60,758 bases of DNA from Pirellula staleyi DSM 6068 (GTDB taxonomy: Bacteria > Planctomycetota > Planctomycetia > Pirellulales > Pirellulaceae), in contig CAMBSL010000001.1 in assembly GCA_945870455.1 (NCBI GenBank), positions 1-60,758 of the forward strand. The letters run 5' to 3'. The notes beneath the pieces were generated by a model. It was not told where the DNA came from. It did no database searches and was given only the letters and a program-made list of their open reading frames with translations. A program made the position numbers and the translations under genes. Shown here one piece after another: positions 59,214 through 60,758 of the stretch; the stretch's first letter is position 1; every line of letters begins with the position of its first letter.

Positions 59214-59426
59214 TATGGCCTCGTCCAAAAATACTTTGCCAAACATTTTAGCAATTTTGGAGGCTCGGCTGGCTTACGATGTTTGAATTTCGGTTGAAAC
59301 TGGAGGTGTGATTAGCCGTCAACACATCGTATTAAATAATCCACGCCGAGAAACGTTGCGGTTTCAATACTAGGATGCTTAGCTTTTCGGAATTGTTCCA
59401 AGAACAGCCCCAACTACCCCATGGAC

Positions 59427-60758
59427 TTAGCGATCAATCCTTTCCAGTTCATCGCTAATTCCCATATAGTTCAGTCGCTCCATTTTGTCGATTAGATCCA
59501 GGCATTGGCGTTTTAGAACTTTATCATTTGTCTGAGCGTATTGGCGAACGATGAGCGTTGCAACGGAATTCGCCGTACCTGATTCTCGAAACTGGATGTT
59601 CGCTCCCTTGTCGCCAATGATGGTCACAATTCGCTCTGCAGCGCGAACTATTACGTTGGGTAGCTCTGCTCGCGAATCTACGAGCACACGCAGCAGTTCT
59701 TCTGGATCTGATTCGAATGATATGCTGTCGATGTACCGTAAAATCATTGATTCAAGCTGTCGCAGTCGTTCGCCATTTATCTTCCAAAACGCCACGCCTA
59801 TCTGGTCCCTAATCGTATCGCTTTCGTCTTCGAAGAACCGCACAATTCTTTCCGCGCACTTGTCACCAACCTCGGCATGTCCTATGTTCAGTGCATACAC
59901 TCGGCAAGCGGCCTGGCGCATCCACTCGTTACCACTGCGGATTAATTCCGCTTCGGTGCTTAGAGAGCCATTAGCAAGATCGAATAGAGTTATCTGCGAA
60001 GCAACTGATTTGACGGCTTCCTCGTTAGTGCTCGCTAATGCTGCAAGCAGTATCTCGCGAAGCTCAAAATACTTAGTTCCGATCGCGTAGTGAACGAAGT
60101 CATCAAAAGGCCGCGTGCCCCATATGTCTTCAATTCCTTTGCAGCACTCGTTAAATAGTCGCACTGCCTCGTCTTGATCCCAGTTCAGAATAGGCATTAA
60201 AGCTTCGATCGCACACACTCGTACTGAAATCACAGGATCGCAAACCACTTTCTCGATCGCGAGTCGAAAATGGTCCCAGTATTCTTGCCGTGCAAACAGC
60301 AAGTGTCCGATGGCTAGGGTTGCACGACCTCGGACGGTATTGATGCCGTGATCGAACGGACTGCCGCCATAGTAGTTCAGGGACTTGTCTTTCCAAATGT
60401 CGGTCTCCGGGTCATCATCTTCGGTAGCGTAGTAGGCCAACGCGTCGAGCGTAGCTGAATCAAGTTCACGATCCGCCAGTCGTTCGATTAGGTGCGAAAT
60501 CGCGGAACCGCAAGGTCTTGTTGGGAGAGAATGTGCTCGATGGATGACTTGTTCGAGCCGTTCGATTGGAAACAATAGCAATTCCTTATCATCCGCCTCT
60601 TTTGCATCGCCAACTAAATTCGCGGTATAGCTTCCGAGTCCATCTAAAATCGCTGAGAAATAAATTGGATCGACACTTTCGGGTAGTTTCAGAAAAAGCT
60701 TTGCGAAGCGTGCGCGGTCTCGTCTAGTTAGATCCGACAAGAGACGAGAAAGCTCGAC
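59427..60758 (-). CDS. C-terminal helical-repeat part of a large protein (possibly STAND/Avs-type), 5'-partial
   Basis: Frame is open to the window end. HEAT-like DPVISVRVCAIEAL and DESDTIRDQ; GINTVRGRA motif. Confidence 0.7.
   Translation of the reverse strand, partial: VELSRLLSDLTRRDRARFAKLFLKLPESVDPIYFSAILDGLGSYTANLVGDAKEADDKELLLFPIERLEQVIHRAHSLPTRPCGSAISHLIERLADRELDSATLDALAYYATEDDDPETDIWKDKSLNYYGGSPFDHGINTVRGRATLAIGHLLFARQEYWDHFRLAIEKVVCDPVISVRVCAIEALMPILNWDQDEAVRLFNECCKGIEDIWGTRPFDDFVHYAIGTKYFELREILLAALASTNEEAVKSVASQITLFDLANGSLSTEAELIRSGNEWMRQAACRVYALNIGHAEVGDKCAERIVRFFEDESDTIRDQIGVAFWKINGERLRQLESMILRYIDSISFESDPEELLRVLVDSRAELPNVIVRAAERIVTIIGDKGANIQFRESGTANSVATLIVRQYAQTNDKVLKRQCLDLIDKMERLNYMGISDELERIDR

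Larger units (their letters stand above)
55027..60758. mobile_element. Left end of a tRNA-Arg-associated integrative element / genomic island
   Basis: Bounded by the tRNA 3' fragment. Carries a DUF2924-recombinase module and island-type hypothetical genes. Confidence 0.65.

Overview
Planctomycete-type (Pirellula-like) accessory region. Most of it is a mosaic of planctomycete-specific operons: three DUF1592/1588/1585 cytochrome-c + DUF1552 pairs, two PSCyt1/DUF1549/DUF1553 + DUF1501 pairs and a lone DUF1501. These are interleaved with secreted hydrolase-type genes (CocE/NonD, beta-helix, sulfatase, GH99-like, CehA/McbA, BNR propeller) and many truncated gene remnants. Four non-routine signals stand out. 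(1) A family of inverted 7-bp-repeat hairpin elements: one copy encloses a four-helix-bundle (23S-IVS-protein/Avd-like) gene wedged into an operon, and protein-less copies sit at gene junctions or are translated in frame. (2) GTAG/GTGG REP doublets translated in frame inside one DUF1592 gene, with a REP-flanked Y1 (RAYT-like) transposase elsewhere in the window. (3) An AT-richer two-gene cassette of a Cap4/DUF4297-like nuclease-STAND NTPase plus a separate 1150-aa HEAT-like protein, a candidate split Avs-like defence system. (4) The left end of an integrative element bounded by a tRNA-Arg(UCG) 3' fragment and carrying DUF2924 plus a large serine recombinase. Family assignments come from motif recognition by eye; no database searches were run.
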